A DNA stretch of 64,000 nt from NCBI GenBank assembly GCA_965248925.1, contig CBDFLE010000006.1, positions 1,664,001-1,728,000 of the forward strand, read 5' to 3'. The position numbers and the translations under genes were made by a program. The DNA comes from Candidatus Multivoradales bacterium (GTDB lineage Bacteria; Acidobacteriota; Thermoanaerobaculia; Multivoradales; J023). Below the pieces are notes generated by a model that saw only the letters and a program-made list of their open reading frames with translations, had not been told where the DNA came from and made no database searches. This document shows, one piece after another, positions 43,827 through 53,369 of the stretch; the stretch's first letter is position 1; the number at the start of each line of letters is the position of its first letter.

Positions 43827-43977
43827 TATCTGCTATTCACTAACTAAGATATTCACTCAAGATGAGCTAATCGGAAGCAATCATGCAGCACCGATATGAG
43901 AGTCTACGCTAGAAGACCTCGGGGCTCAAGGGGTCCCGATCCCGACCACCCTCCTGACTCCCCGCGAGCTGCCGTCT

Positions 43978-45312
43978 ATGGAAACACCCAACAGGCTGGT
44001 AACCCTCCCGATCCCAGTGGCAATCTGGCGGTCTTCTCTACCCCTGCTATTCGGGCTCTTGACCGTGGCCAGCATCCCATTGGTCGACAGCGTCTACGTC
44101 TCGCACTACTCGACTCGAGCCTTCAACTCCCTTGCCATGGCCTTGCCGATCATGACGCTCGTTAGCGCCTTCGCTTCGTCGTTGGCCGCCGCCGCAGGCA
44201 ACGCATACGCAAGGGCCAGTAGACCTGAGAGAGGGAATCTTGAATTCACCTCAGCGGTCACCCTCGCCCTCACCAGTGGGCTGGTCTTGGTGGCAGTCGC
44301 CCTGTTCGGCACTAGCTCGATACTCGCGTGGTATCGCCTCGATTCATCGTCGGAGCTTGCTAGGGGTTTCTCGGCGTATTGGCGATGGATCCTTCCTACC
44401 CTTCCCCTCTACCTGCTTTTCGGCTGCCTGCTGCAAACCCTGGTGGCGAGGGGCGAAACTGCCCGCGCCAATCGGTCCGTTGCCGTTTTGGCCGCGGTCA
44501 ACTTCGCCATCGACCCAGTTCTGATCTTCGGGCTCGACCTCGGAATCACCGGTGCGGCGATCGCCGCGGATATTGCCTATCTGGCCGCGAACCTAGCGGC
44601 GATTCGAGGGCTTCGCGCGATTCCCGGGCTGACCCTCCAGCCGCTGAGTCTCCGACGACTCGGCAAGCCGATATGGCGACAACTGCGTACCGGATTCTTC
44701 ATCGCCGCCGGAACCAGCGCGTTTCTGGTCAGCGACTTTCTTTTTCGCCGCATGGCAGCGCTCGAAGGGCCCGAGGCGATCACCGCCATCGGGATCGCCG
44801 ATCAGCTCGCGCTGGTCTTCATCCAGGTGACCCGAGGGATTGCCGCAGGGATAATCCCGGTGGCCGGGGCCTACTTGGCGCTGAATCGGTGGGGTCGGCT
44901 GGTCATGATCTACTGGAGCGGCACCAGTCTCGTCGGAATCTTTTACGCCGTCGCCGGCCTGCTCTTGATCGGAGCGCCCGCTCTCGCGCTCGGCTTCTTC
45001 GACATTTCCAGGGAAGCCGCGACTGCAGACCAAGTCATATTCTTGCAAGTGACCGGCGCCACCCTATTGATCAACGTACCGGCAAGACTGCTGCCGCCAT
45101 GCGCCGTGGCACTCGGTCGCCCCCAGGTGGGAACCTTCTACAGCGTCACTGCCGTGGCAACTTGCTATCTCCTCGCTGTCTGGCTCGTACCGGAGTACTC
45201 CTATGTCGGCATCGCTTGGGGCCGATTCTTCGGTTTCCTGCTGGTCAACATCGCGGGTATCCCCTATCTCTTTTCCTTGATGAAGGCCGAGCCGAAGCGT
45301 CAGCCGCGCTGA
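43978..45312 (+). CDS. MATE-family efflux transporter
   Basis: 444 aa, about 12 TM segments, SLPL...LVDSVYVSH, NFAIDPVLIFGLDLGITGAAIA. Confidence 0.85.
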   Translation: METPNRLVTLPIPVAIWRSSLPLLFGLLTVASIPLVDSVYVSHYSTRAFNSLAMALPIMTLVSAFASSLAAAAGNAYARASRPERGNLEFTSAVTLALTSGLVLVAVALFGTSSILAWYRLDSSSELARGFSAYWRWILPTLPLYLLFGCLLQTLVARGETARANRSVAVLAAVNFAIDPVLIFGLDLGITGAAIAADIAYLAANLAAIRGLRAIPGLTLQPLSLRRLGKPIWRQLRTGFFIAAGTSAFLVSDFLFRRMAALEGPEAITAIGIADQLALVFIQVTRGIAAGIIPVAGAYLALNRWGRLVMIYWSGTSLVGIFYAVAGLLLIGAPALALGFFDISREAATADQVIFLQVTGATLLINVPARLLPPCAVALGRPQVGTFYSVTAVATCYLLAVWLVPEYSYVGIAWGRFFGFLLVNIAGIPYLFSLMKAEPKRQPR

Positions 45313-45589
45313 GCTCGCCTATGCTCGAATGCTGACCCGCAGGATGCCACTCAGCAGGTCAGGCGACTCTAGCAAGATCCCATCCAGAAACGCTGTTCCG
45401 CCGCTTTTTGGCGGCCGAATCAGCCCTGGTGCTGAGTTCCTACGAGGAGGTGTCAGCGGCAGTTGGAAAGCGTACGTAGTTGGTGTAAAGCGCAGAACAG
45501 CGCCGTCCGCTAGATCCAGCTAACCGGCATCGTCATCCCCGCCGAAGGCGGGCTTCGCGTGAAGTGCATGGCGTATAACGCACGATAGA

Positions 45590-45670
45590 ATGGCGACCAT
45601 GACTGAGCCTGAAAGCCATCGCCTCATTCTTCGGCAACCACTGCGAACGGCGGGTTTCGATCTGCAAGAG
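45590..45670 (+). pseudogene. 5' fragment of a small Cys-rich mobile-element-associated gene interrupted by the IS
   Basis: ...HCERRVSICK| joins across the IS to |SCDRGNRYC. Confidence 0.6.
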
Positions 45671-45739
45671 CCCTCTGTGCCAATGTAGGTGAGACACTCC
45701 CGTACCGATAAATTAGTGAGGGCGTGGAGAGCAAACACC

Positions 45740-46153
45740 ATGGCGAGTCCAAGCCACGAGCTGCGAGATATGAGTGCTGACCGACCAGATCCCGAGGTAA
45801 CTGAGAAGGCGAAGCGGCGGCGGTACAGCGCGTCGTACAAGCTGAGCATCGTCCAGGCCGCCGACGCCTGTAGCAAAGCCGGCGAGATTGGCGCCCTGCT
45901 TCGCCGGGAGGGTCTGTATTCCTCACTCCTATCGAAGTGGCGCCAGCAACGCGATGCCAGTGCTCTGGCCGGTCTGTCGAAGAAGCGCGGTCGCAAGCGT
46001 CGACCGGTCTCTGCCGAGGCCCGCCGCGTCGCGGAGCTTGAGCGTGAGAATGCCCGGCTCAAGCATCAGCTGTACAAAGCCGAGACGATCATCGATGTCC
46101 AAAAAAAACTTTCCCGGCTGCTAGGGATCGAGCCGAGCGAGAGCCAGCCATGA
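45740..46153 (+). CDS. IS3-family OrfA (HTH)
   Basis: KRRRYSASYKL, GALLRREGLYSSLLSKWR; A8 slippery run at 46101-46108 with an open -1 frame into OrfB. Confidence 0.88.
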   Translation: MASPSHELRDMSADRPDPEVTEKAKRRRYSASYKLSIVQAADACSKAGEIGALLRREGLYSSLLSKWRQQRDASALAGLSKKRGRKRRPVSAEARRVAELERENARLKHQLYKAETIIDVQKKLSRLLGIEPSESQP

Positions 46154-47271
46154 GCGCTGTGGCGCCGCTGGCCGAGACGGTGGGGGTGCAAGCAGCCTGC
46201 GTCGCCTTGGCGGTCCCCAGAGCCACTTTCTATCGCCGCCGTCGGCAGCAGAGCGCAGGGCCGCAGCTATCAACGCGGCCTCGACCGCCGCTGGCATTGA
46301 CGCCCGCTGAACGCCAGGAGGTCCTCGATGTGTTGCACTCGGAGCGCTTCGTCGACCGCTCGCCGCGTCAAGTCTGGGCGGCGCTGCTGGACGAGGATCA
46401 GCGCCATATCTGCTCGGTGCGCACCATGTACCGGGTCCTGGAGTCTGAGGGCGAGCTGCGCGAGCGACGCCGTCAGCGGCGTCATCCCAACTACACCAAG
46501 CCCGAACTGCTGGCCACAGGGCCGAACGAGGTGTGGTCGTGGGACATCACCAAGCTCAAGGGCCCGGTGAAGTGGACCCACTACTACCTTTACGTAATTC
46601 TGGACGTCTTCAGCCGCTACATCGTCGGCTGGATGCTCGCCTGCCGCGAGTCCGGAGGGCTCGCGAAGCGGTTGATCGCCGACAGTGTTGAGAAGCAAGG
46701 TGTTGAGCGAGATCGACTTACCTTGCACTCGGACCGCGGTTCGAGCATGACATCCAAGCCAGTGGCTCTACTGCTGGCCGATCTCGGGATGACACGGTCG
46801 CTGAACCGGCCCTACACGAGCAACGACAATCCGTTCTCTGAGGCCCAGTTCAAGACGCTCAAGTACCATCCGAGCTTTCCCGACCGCTTCGGATCACTGG
46901 AAGATGCACGAGCATTCTGCCGCTCGTTCATCGGCTGGTACAACACGCAGCACTACCACACAGGACTCGGCTTGTTGACGCCAGAGACCGTCCACTACGG
47001 CCTCACGGCCTCAGTACTGGAGCAACGTCGAGAAGTCCTCGCCGCCGCCTCAGCCGCTCATCCAAGCCGCTTCAAGCGGCGAGCGCCGGCTTTGCCGGAG
47101 CCCAGTGACAAGGTCTGGATCAACCCGCCGACCACCGCCGCCAGCACTGACCCAGTCGATACCGAGAACGTAGTGACACACCGCGTACACAACGACGCAC
47201 CAGGCGAGACCCCTGGCTGCGCGCCCTCGCTGAAAGCGATGGTGCCGGAGCCACTACCGATTCCGTACTAA
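46150..47271 (+). CDS. IS3-family OrfB DDE transposase
   Basis: WSWDITKL, LDVFSRY, LHSDRG, NDNPFSEAQFKTLK. Confidence 0.93.
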   Translation: MSAVAPLAETVGVQAACVALAVPRATFYRRRRQQSAGPQLSTRPRPPLALTPAERQEVLDVLHSERFVDRSPRQVWAALLDEDQRHICSVRTMYRVLESEGELRERRRQRRHPNYTKPELLATGPNEVWSWDITKLKGPVKWTHYYLYVILDVFSRYIVGWMLACRESGGLAKRLIADSVEKQGVERDRLTLHSDRGSSMTSKPVALLLADLGMTRSLNRPYTSNDNPFSEAQFKTLKYHPSFPDRFGSLEDARAFCRSFIGWYNTQHYHTGLGLLTPETVHYGLTASVLEQRREVLAAASAAHPSRFKRRAPALPEPSDKVWINPPTTAASTDPVDTENVVTHRVHNDAPGETPGCAPSLKAMVPEPLPIPY

Positions 47272-47311
47272 TTCCCAGAAGAAAGTGTCTCACTTTCATT
47301 GACACATTCCG

Positions 47312-47640
47312 GAGCTGCGACAGGGGCAATCGCTATTGCGGCCCTAAGTGCGCTCGTCAGGCTCGCCTCAAGGCCCACCTTGAAGCGAATCGGCAGCACC
47401 AGGCAACCCACCGGGGGCGTAAATTACAGCGGGCACGCCAGGCTCACTACCGCGCGCGCCAGCGTCGCGTGACGGATCACAGTGACAGCTCAATGGACAA
47501 GACGGTGTCCAAGCTACCCCAAGCGCCGAGCAGCTGTCTTGCCACGCAGTTCGGTTGGACCCAAAAGGGCGTGTTTTGTGTGAACGTCGCTTTTCTTACC
47601 CTACCCGTCCAGTCTTCAGGCGACCTTTTGCTGGTCGGCG
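47312..47640 (+). pseudogene. 3' fragment of the Cys-rich gene
   Basis: SCDRGNRYCGPKCARQAR...YRARQRRVTDH; abuts repeat copy 2. Confidence 0.6.
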
Positions 47641-49088
47641 CCCACCAGCGAGAGACCTTCGAAATCGAGGTGCCAGCCAATTCGGGAGAGGTGCCGGGAG
47701 AGGTGCCAGCCAATTCGGGAGAGCTCATCCTCAGTGTCGAAGGCGACCCCAATGGCTTCTTCCTCTGGGGTGCGCCAACCTTCGTCCCAGCCGGCGGCAG
47801 CGAGTTGCCGTCGCTGGTGCTGATCACCCTCGACACTACCCGCCGCGACGTACTCGGGGCCTACGGTGGAGCGCCGGGCCTGACCCCGGCCTTGGACGCC
47901 CTGGCCGCCGAGGCGACGGTCTTCGAGCGCGCCTATGCCCCCTCCTCCTGGACCCTGCCCTCGCACGCTTCGATCTTCACCGGCCTCTACCCCTCGCGCC
48001 ACGGTGCTGGGGTCGCTGGCGATCATCTCGAAGGACGCTTCACCACCGTCGCCGAGCTGCTGCGGCAGCGGGGCTATCTGACCGCCGGATTCGCAGGCGG
48101 CTTGCTTTCCTCCTACCGCTTCGGCGTTGCCCAAGGGTTCTCCCTATTCCGCGACCCGACCGGTTTCGAGTCCTCGGCCGACGAGATCAACAGCCATGCC
48201 CGCAGCCTGTTGGCCGACAGCGGTGAGCAGCCCTTGTTCTTGTTCATCAACTACTTCGACCCCCACTTCCCTTACGCCGCCCCGAAGGGATTCCGCGCCG
48301 CCCAGCAAGTCGATCAGAAGATCGCCAGCGTCCAAGGTCCCGAGCTGTGGCTTGCAGCCCTGGCCGGCTCCAGCGAAGCCTGGTTGCGAGTCACCGCCGG
48401 TGAGGTCGCCCACAGCGCCGAGGCCCTCGACGCCTTGGGCGCCGCCTACCGCGCCGAAATCGCCTTCACCGACCAACAGCTCGGCAAGCTCTTCGACGAC
48501 CTGCGGCGCAACAATCGTTGGCAAGACAGCCTGATCATCGTCACCGCCGACCACGGCGAATTGTTGGGGGAAGGAGGGCACGTCTCCCACGCTGCCCGTC
48601 TCGATCCCGAGTTGGTCGAAGTGCCGCTGATTATCAAATGGCCCGGCCAGCAGCAAGGCGCCCGGCGCGACCAACTAGTCTCTCTGGTCGACCTCTTCCC
48701 CACCCTGCTACGCGCCGCCGGAATCGAGCTACCCGAGAACATCGACGGCCTGCCCCTACAAGCCGCAAAAGCCCTCGAAAAGCGCTCCGCCGTGTGGATG
48801 GAAGAGCACGACAGCGACTTCCACCGCTTGCCCGAGCGCATGCGCCACGGCGCCGACGCCTACGGCCGCCAAGAAAAAGCCTTCCGCCAAATCGCCTGGG
48901 AAGACGGCACCCTCTGCGCCCGCGGCGGCACCGGCGCCTGGCGCCCCACCCCCTGCCCGCCCACGGACCCCGAGGGTCGCCAGCTCTTCGACCAGGCCGG
49001 CGCCGACGCCTGGCGCGCCCAGGCCACCCGCATCGGCCTCAGCGATGAAGAACGCAGCAAGCTGCGGGCGTTGGGTTATTTGCAGTAG
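47641..49088 (+). repeat. Copy 2 of the direct repeat: 5'-truncated sulfatase duplicate
   Basis: Same sequence as 31839-33253 plus a 33-bp local duplication near 47690 and 5 clustered substitutions at about 48608-48663. Confidence 0.92.
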
Positions 49089-49139
49089 CAAATTCAGGCA
49101 CTTCCTGGGGGATCCGCCACTCCACTTGCGCTGTAGTCG

Positions 49140-50882
49140 GTGAACTCACCGAGGAGGTTGCAAGACATGACATTTTGGGCTTTTTTTGGTTCGCGGATCC
49201 GCTGCGGGACGCTGGTCTCCTTCGGTGCCTTCCTTTGTCTGTCAGTCACGGCTTGTGTGCCGCTGGCACAGTATCGCTTGCCGGTTGCGGAGTATCGTCT
49301 GCTCCAAGAGGAGCTGGCGGCGGGAGAAGCTGTGCCCAAGAAGCGAAGGCGAATGCGGCCTGCTCTGGTGACCTGCCCGGCGACGATCGCCGACCACGGT
49401 AAGCTATTCACTCCTCAACAGCGGGGCTGCCTGCCGACGAGCGACTTCAGCAAGGACAGAGCGGCTAACGGCGAGCCGAAACCTTGGCGCTACCACCTGG
49501 CGGTGGTGGAGTTCGACGATCAAGGTGAGTTCTGGAACCGCGACCAGCTGGATCTAGACCTGCAATGCCTGCTCTACCAGCTAACCGGGGAAAAAGATGT
49601 GGAGCGCAACAAGATTTGCCAGAAGCTGGTGATCCCCACCGCGCCCGACAACCTTGGCATCCGGCCAGCCATCGTGATGGTCTACGTCCACGGCTGGAAA
49701 CACAACGCTTCGCCGCGCAACGAGGACCGGGGCGGAAACCTTTCCAGCTTTCACGATGTTCTGGCAAGAACTGCCAGCGCAGAGACTCAACGCGCCAAGA
49801 TCTGCCAAAATAGCAAGGAAAATGGAAGGTGTGAGATTGCGCGGCGAGAGGTCGTCGGAATCTACCTCGGTTGGCGCGGCAAGAGTTTCGTTGGCATTCC
49901 GCTCTTGCAGGAGTTCACAATCTTCAACCGTCGGCAGGCCGCAGAGCGCGTCGGAAGGGTCGCCGCTTCCCACGCAATTCATCGGATCGGCAACTGGACG
50001 AAAGATTTCAACGAGAATTCTCTTTCGGTCTTGGTCGGTCATTCGCTGGGCGCGGTGATCCTCGAGAACATCCTGACTCGCTCCTTGACGGCCGAAAGCG
50101 ACGAGCTTCAGGAACTGCTCCCGGCTGACCTCGCTATTCTGATTAACTCGGCCAACGAGGCCATACTGGCACAGCAGGTGGTCGACACCCTCGGCCCCCC
50201 AGCACCTCGCGCCATCGATGCTTGGAAACAAATGGAGATCCCTCTAATCGTCTCCCTCGCTTCGCCCGGCGACAAGGCCGTGCGCTACTACTTTCCGCTG
50301 AGCCAGAAATTCAAGACCTTATTCAAGCACTTCAGGGATCCGGAGCAGAGATTTCTCTACACCCACACCCCCGGCTTCTCAAAGCTACCTTCTTTGGTCA
50401 GCCACAAGGTGACAGATCATCACGAGGGGCCGCCGTTCGAGCTTCCCGTCTGGAGCACCGCTCCCTTACCAACCGTGCACCTGGCAAAGACTGCCTGCTC
50501 CCCACCCACAGCAGCAGACGTGGAAAGTGCAGCAACGACGTCGAGAAAGAAACTTTTCACGCGCCATGAGAAGTTCTACAAGGATCGACTACAATCTCTC
50601 GAAGAGAGAGTGTCGGACGAGACTACAGAGGATGTCCCTCGATGTATCGAACACATAAACTACACGGACCAGAGCGGCCAAAACTGGATAATCGAACGCA
50701 GCAAGGACACCCTGAACCTATCTCCTTATTGGGTGATGACGGTCGATCATAAAATCGTGCGAAAACACACTGACATCTTCAACGATGAGGTAGTCGCTCT
50801 GATTGGCACCCTGATCAATCTGAAGCGCCTACGGGTCCGCATCGACGACCCAACGACGGTTGCCCAAGGGCTCGACCCTTGA
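49140..50882 (+). CDS. Secreted/lipoprotein alpha/beta hydrolase
   Basis: Lipobox-like VTAC, VVEFDDQG, YVHGWKHNA, YLGWRG, nucleophile GHSLG. Confidence 0.75.
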   Translation: MNSPRRLQDMTFWAFFGSRIRCGTLVSFGAFLCLSVTACVPLAQYRLPVAEYRLLQEELAAGEAVPKKRRRMRPALVTCPATIADHGKLFTPQQRGCLPTSDFSKDRAANGEPKPWRYHLAVVEFDDQGEFWNRDQLDLDLQCLLYQLTGEKDVERNKICQKLVIPTAPDNLGIRPAIVMVYVHGWKHNASPRNEDRGGNLSSFHDVLARTASAETQRAKICQNSKENGRCEIARREVVGIYLGWRGKSFVGIPLLQEFTIFNRRQAAERVGRVAASHAIHRIGNWTKDFNENSLSVLVGHSLGAVILENILTRSLTAESDELQELLPADLAILINSANEAILAQQVVDTLGPPAPRAIDAWKQMEIPLIVSLASPGDKAVRYYFPLSQKFKTLFKHFRDPEQRFLYTHTPGFSKLPSLVSHKVTDHHEGPPFELPVWSTAPLPTVHLAKTACSPPTAADVESAATTSRKKLFTRHEKFYKDRLQSLEERVSDETTEDVPRCIEHINYTDQSGQNWIIERSKDTLNLSPYWVMTVDHKIVRKHTDIFNDEVVALIGTLINLKRLRVRIDDPTTVAQGLDP

Positions 50883-51003
50883 CCCAAGGAGGTGCCAGAG
50901 TGCGCTAAACTGGCGGCACTCGCCAGTCACGCTAGAAATCTCCCCAACCGTGGACGCGGTCTACCAAAGTCGATAGGCTATTGACTCGCTGGGGAGGAAA
51001 ATC

Positions 51004-52478
51004 ATGCGAAACTATCGAGCCACTGGGAAAAGCAATCCTCTAGCTTTGTTCTTCAGCTTCGCCCTGGCACTGCTGACCGGGCAGTCTGGCGCCGAAGATC
51101 CGCCAACGGCCACCCCCGAACTTCCTGCCGCACCAGCTCAGAATATCCACCTGTACCAGCAAGAGTTCGCCGGCTCTTACCCAAGCAAGCACCGCCCTCG
51201 ACCGCCACCAAGTCCTGGTCTATCGTCGCCGCTCCCAGCGAGGTGAAGGTCTTCAACGGTCATGATCTGGCGGTGTGGGCCTACAACGGACAGGTTCCCG
51301 GCCCGACCTTGCGCCTTCGCCTGGGGGAGACGGTCCGGGTCGAGTTCACCAACAAGCTACCGCAGTCTTCGACGATTCACTGGCATGGGGTGCGGGTGCC
51401 CAACGCCATGGATGGGGTTCCCGATGTCACCCAACCGCCGGTGCCTGCCGGCGGCAGCTTTGTCTATGAGTTCACGCCCAAGGACGCCGGCACTTTTTGG
51501 TTTCATCCCCATGTGCGCAGCGCCGAGCAGGTCGAGCGCGGTCTCTACGGAGTGTTGATTGTCGAAGACGCCAAGCCCGCTGCCTACACTCAGGATGTGC
51601 TGTGGGTGCTCGACGACTGGCTGATCACCCGCGACGGTGTGATCGACCCGAATTTCGTCACCCGCCGCGACCTGGCCCACGACGGGCGCTGGGGCAACGT
51701 GGCGACGGTGAATGCACGCACCGACCAGGTCTTGACTGTCAAGGCCGGCGAGAGAATCCGCCTGCGGCTGGTCAACGCTGCCAATGGCAGGGTCTTCAAG
51801 CCGGACTTCTCCCAACTCGATGCCCAGGTCATCGCCGTCGACGGTATGTACGTCGCGGCTCCCTTCGATCCCCAGGAATTCGAACTGGCTCCCGGCAATC
51901 GGCTCGACCTCGACATCCGTTTCACCACAGAGCAGGCTGGAGAGGAATTGGCGATCATCGATCGCTTCACCCGTTCAGCCTTTCGCATCGCGCGCATTCG
52001 GATTCTGCAAGAGCTGGTCGAAACGCCGTCGTTTCCATCCCCGGCCCAGGCATCTATTCCCGCTTGGCAGGGCGCTGAGCTGGCGGAACCTGATTTGCAA
52101 TACCTGCTCAACGCCGAAAGAGGCGGCGAATACGGCCTCCAATGGACGATGAATGGAGAAGCCTACCCCGAAGTCTCACCCGGTCTGCTGAGCACCGATC
52201 GCTGGGCCAAGATCCGTTTCATCAACGCCTCGGCTCGCTTGCACCCGATGCACATCCACGGCCTGTTCTTCAAATTGCTGAGCCGCAACGGCCAAGCGGT
52301 GAACGAGCCCTTCTGGCGCGACACGGTCTTGGTCCACTCCCGCGAGACCATCGAAATCGGCACCGTGCCGATGGACGAGGGCCGCTGGCTGATGCACTGC
52401 CACATCCTCGAACACGCCGCCGCTGGGATGAAGACCCTCCTCGATGTGAAGCCGGCGGTCGCCGATATCCCTCGCTGA
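51004..52478 (+). pseudogene. Multicopper oxidase with an apparent frameshift near 51185-51195
   Basis: Signal peptide in the 51004 frame; IHWHG, WFHPH, HPMHIHG and HCHILEH in the 51243 frame. Confidence 0.75.
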
Positions 52479-52573
52479 TTTCGGACGAAGTCCCACTCGA
52501 TTTGTTGCTGATGGACAGACTGGTAGACTGGATGAGGTTCTAGTCGCGGCTGCCAAGGAAACGGAGGAATGCG

Positions 52574-52825
52574 ATGACCCATGTCAATATTCAGTTTGCC
52601 ACCGACATCTTCGCGGCGCTGCGCAAGTCTCCGGACGAGGTGGCCACCGAGATGCGTCTTGCGGCGGCGCTCCTGTGGTACTCCCGGGGATTGGCCTCCC
52701 AGGGCAAAGCAGCGGAGATCGCTGGATTGAGCAGGTCCGCTTTTATCGATGCGCTGGCAGACAGCGAGATTTCGGCCAACCAAGAAACTGCCGAAGATCT
52801 CGACGAGGCCCTGGCGCGTGCCTAG
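52574..52825 (+). CDS. UPF0175-family putative antitoxin
   Basis: EMRLAAALLWY..G..SQGKAAEIAGLSRSAFIDAL. Confidence 0.85.
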   Translation: MTHVNIQFATDIFAALRKSPDEVATEMRLAAALLWYSRGLASQGKAAEIAGLSRSAFIDALADSEISANQETAEDLDEALARA

Positions 52826-53315
52826 GACGTTTGTCGTCAACGCTTCCCCGCTGATCCTCCTCGCTCGCATTCAACGCCTCGACCTACTCGCTGCTGTCGC
52901 AAGAACTGTGCTTGTACCGGGAGCGGTAATGCGCGAGGTCGAGGCTGGGAATGAGCGCGACGGTGCCGGTACCGCCGTCTGCGGGTTCGGCACCCTCCAG
53001 GTCGTCCCTGACATCGAGCTTCCGGAAGCGATCCAAGTCTGAAACCTCGGTGCCGGCGAGTCTCAGGTGATCGCACGGATACTGAAAATCGAGAAAGGCG
53101 AGGCAATTCTCGATGATCGAGCAGCACGGCACTGCGCCCGCGGTCTTGGAATCTCGGTGCTGGGTACGCTTGGGCTGACCATCACCTGCCGCCGCCTCGG
53201 GCTGATCCCTGCTGCCCGTCCACTTCTCGAGACCTTGAGAAGCGCCGGAATGCGCCTCAAGCCCTCGCTGATGGAAGTTGCTCTGGAAAAAGTTGGAGAG
53301 TCCAGGCGAGACTGA
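52818..53315 (+). pseudogene. DUF3368 PIN-like protein with an in-frame TGA (53040-53042)
   Basis: VVNASPLILLARI...AIQV*NLGAGESQVI...ILDDRAAR...GTLGL. Confidence 0.85.
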
Positions 53316-53331
53316 TGATGGCCAAACCCGC

Positions 53332-53362
53332 CGGGTGCCGCCCGAGCTTCCGGCGGCACCCG
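53332..53362. terminator. GC-rich hairpin between convergent genes
   Basis: CGGGTGCCGCC-9 nt-GGCGGCACCCG; no U-tract. Confidence 0.4.
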
Positions 53363-53369
53363 TCTGACT

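Larger units (their letters stand above)
45671..47311 (+). mobile_element. Complete IS3-family element with a GAG target duplication
   Basis: Subterminal IRs TGTGCCAATGTAGGTGAGACACT / AGTGTCTCACTTTCATTGACACA; flanked by GAG...GAG; removing it restores the ICKSCDRGNRYC frame. Confidence 0.9.

Noticed and set aside
47469-47640. Novel N-terminus of a second 539-aa sulfatase
   Set aside because: It is a chance in-frame fusion of the mobile-gene remnant to the duplicated sulfatase fragment, with no signal peptide.
18838-53042. Alternative genetic code, or Sec/Pyl recoding, explaining the in-frame stops
   Set aside because: TAG, TGA and TAA all terminate conserved housekeeping genes normally, the interrupting codons differ, and no recoding signals were recognised.
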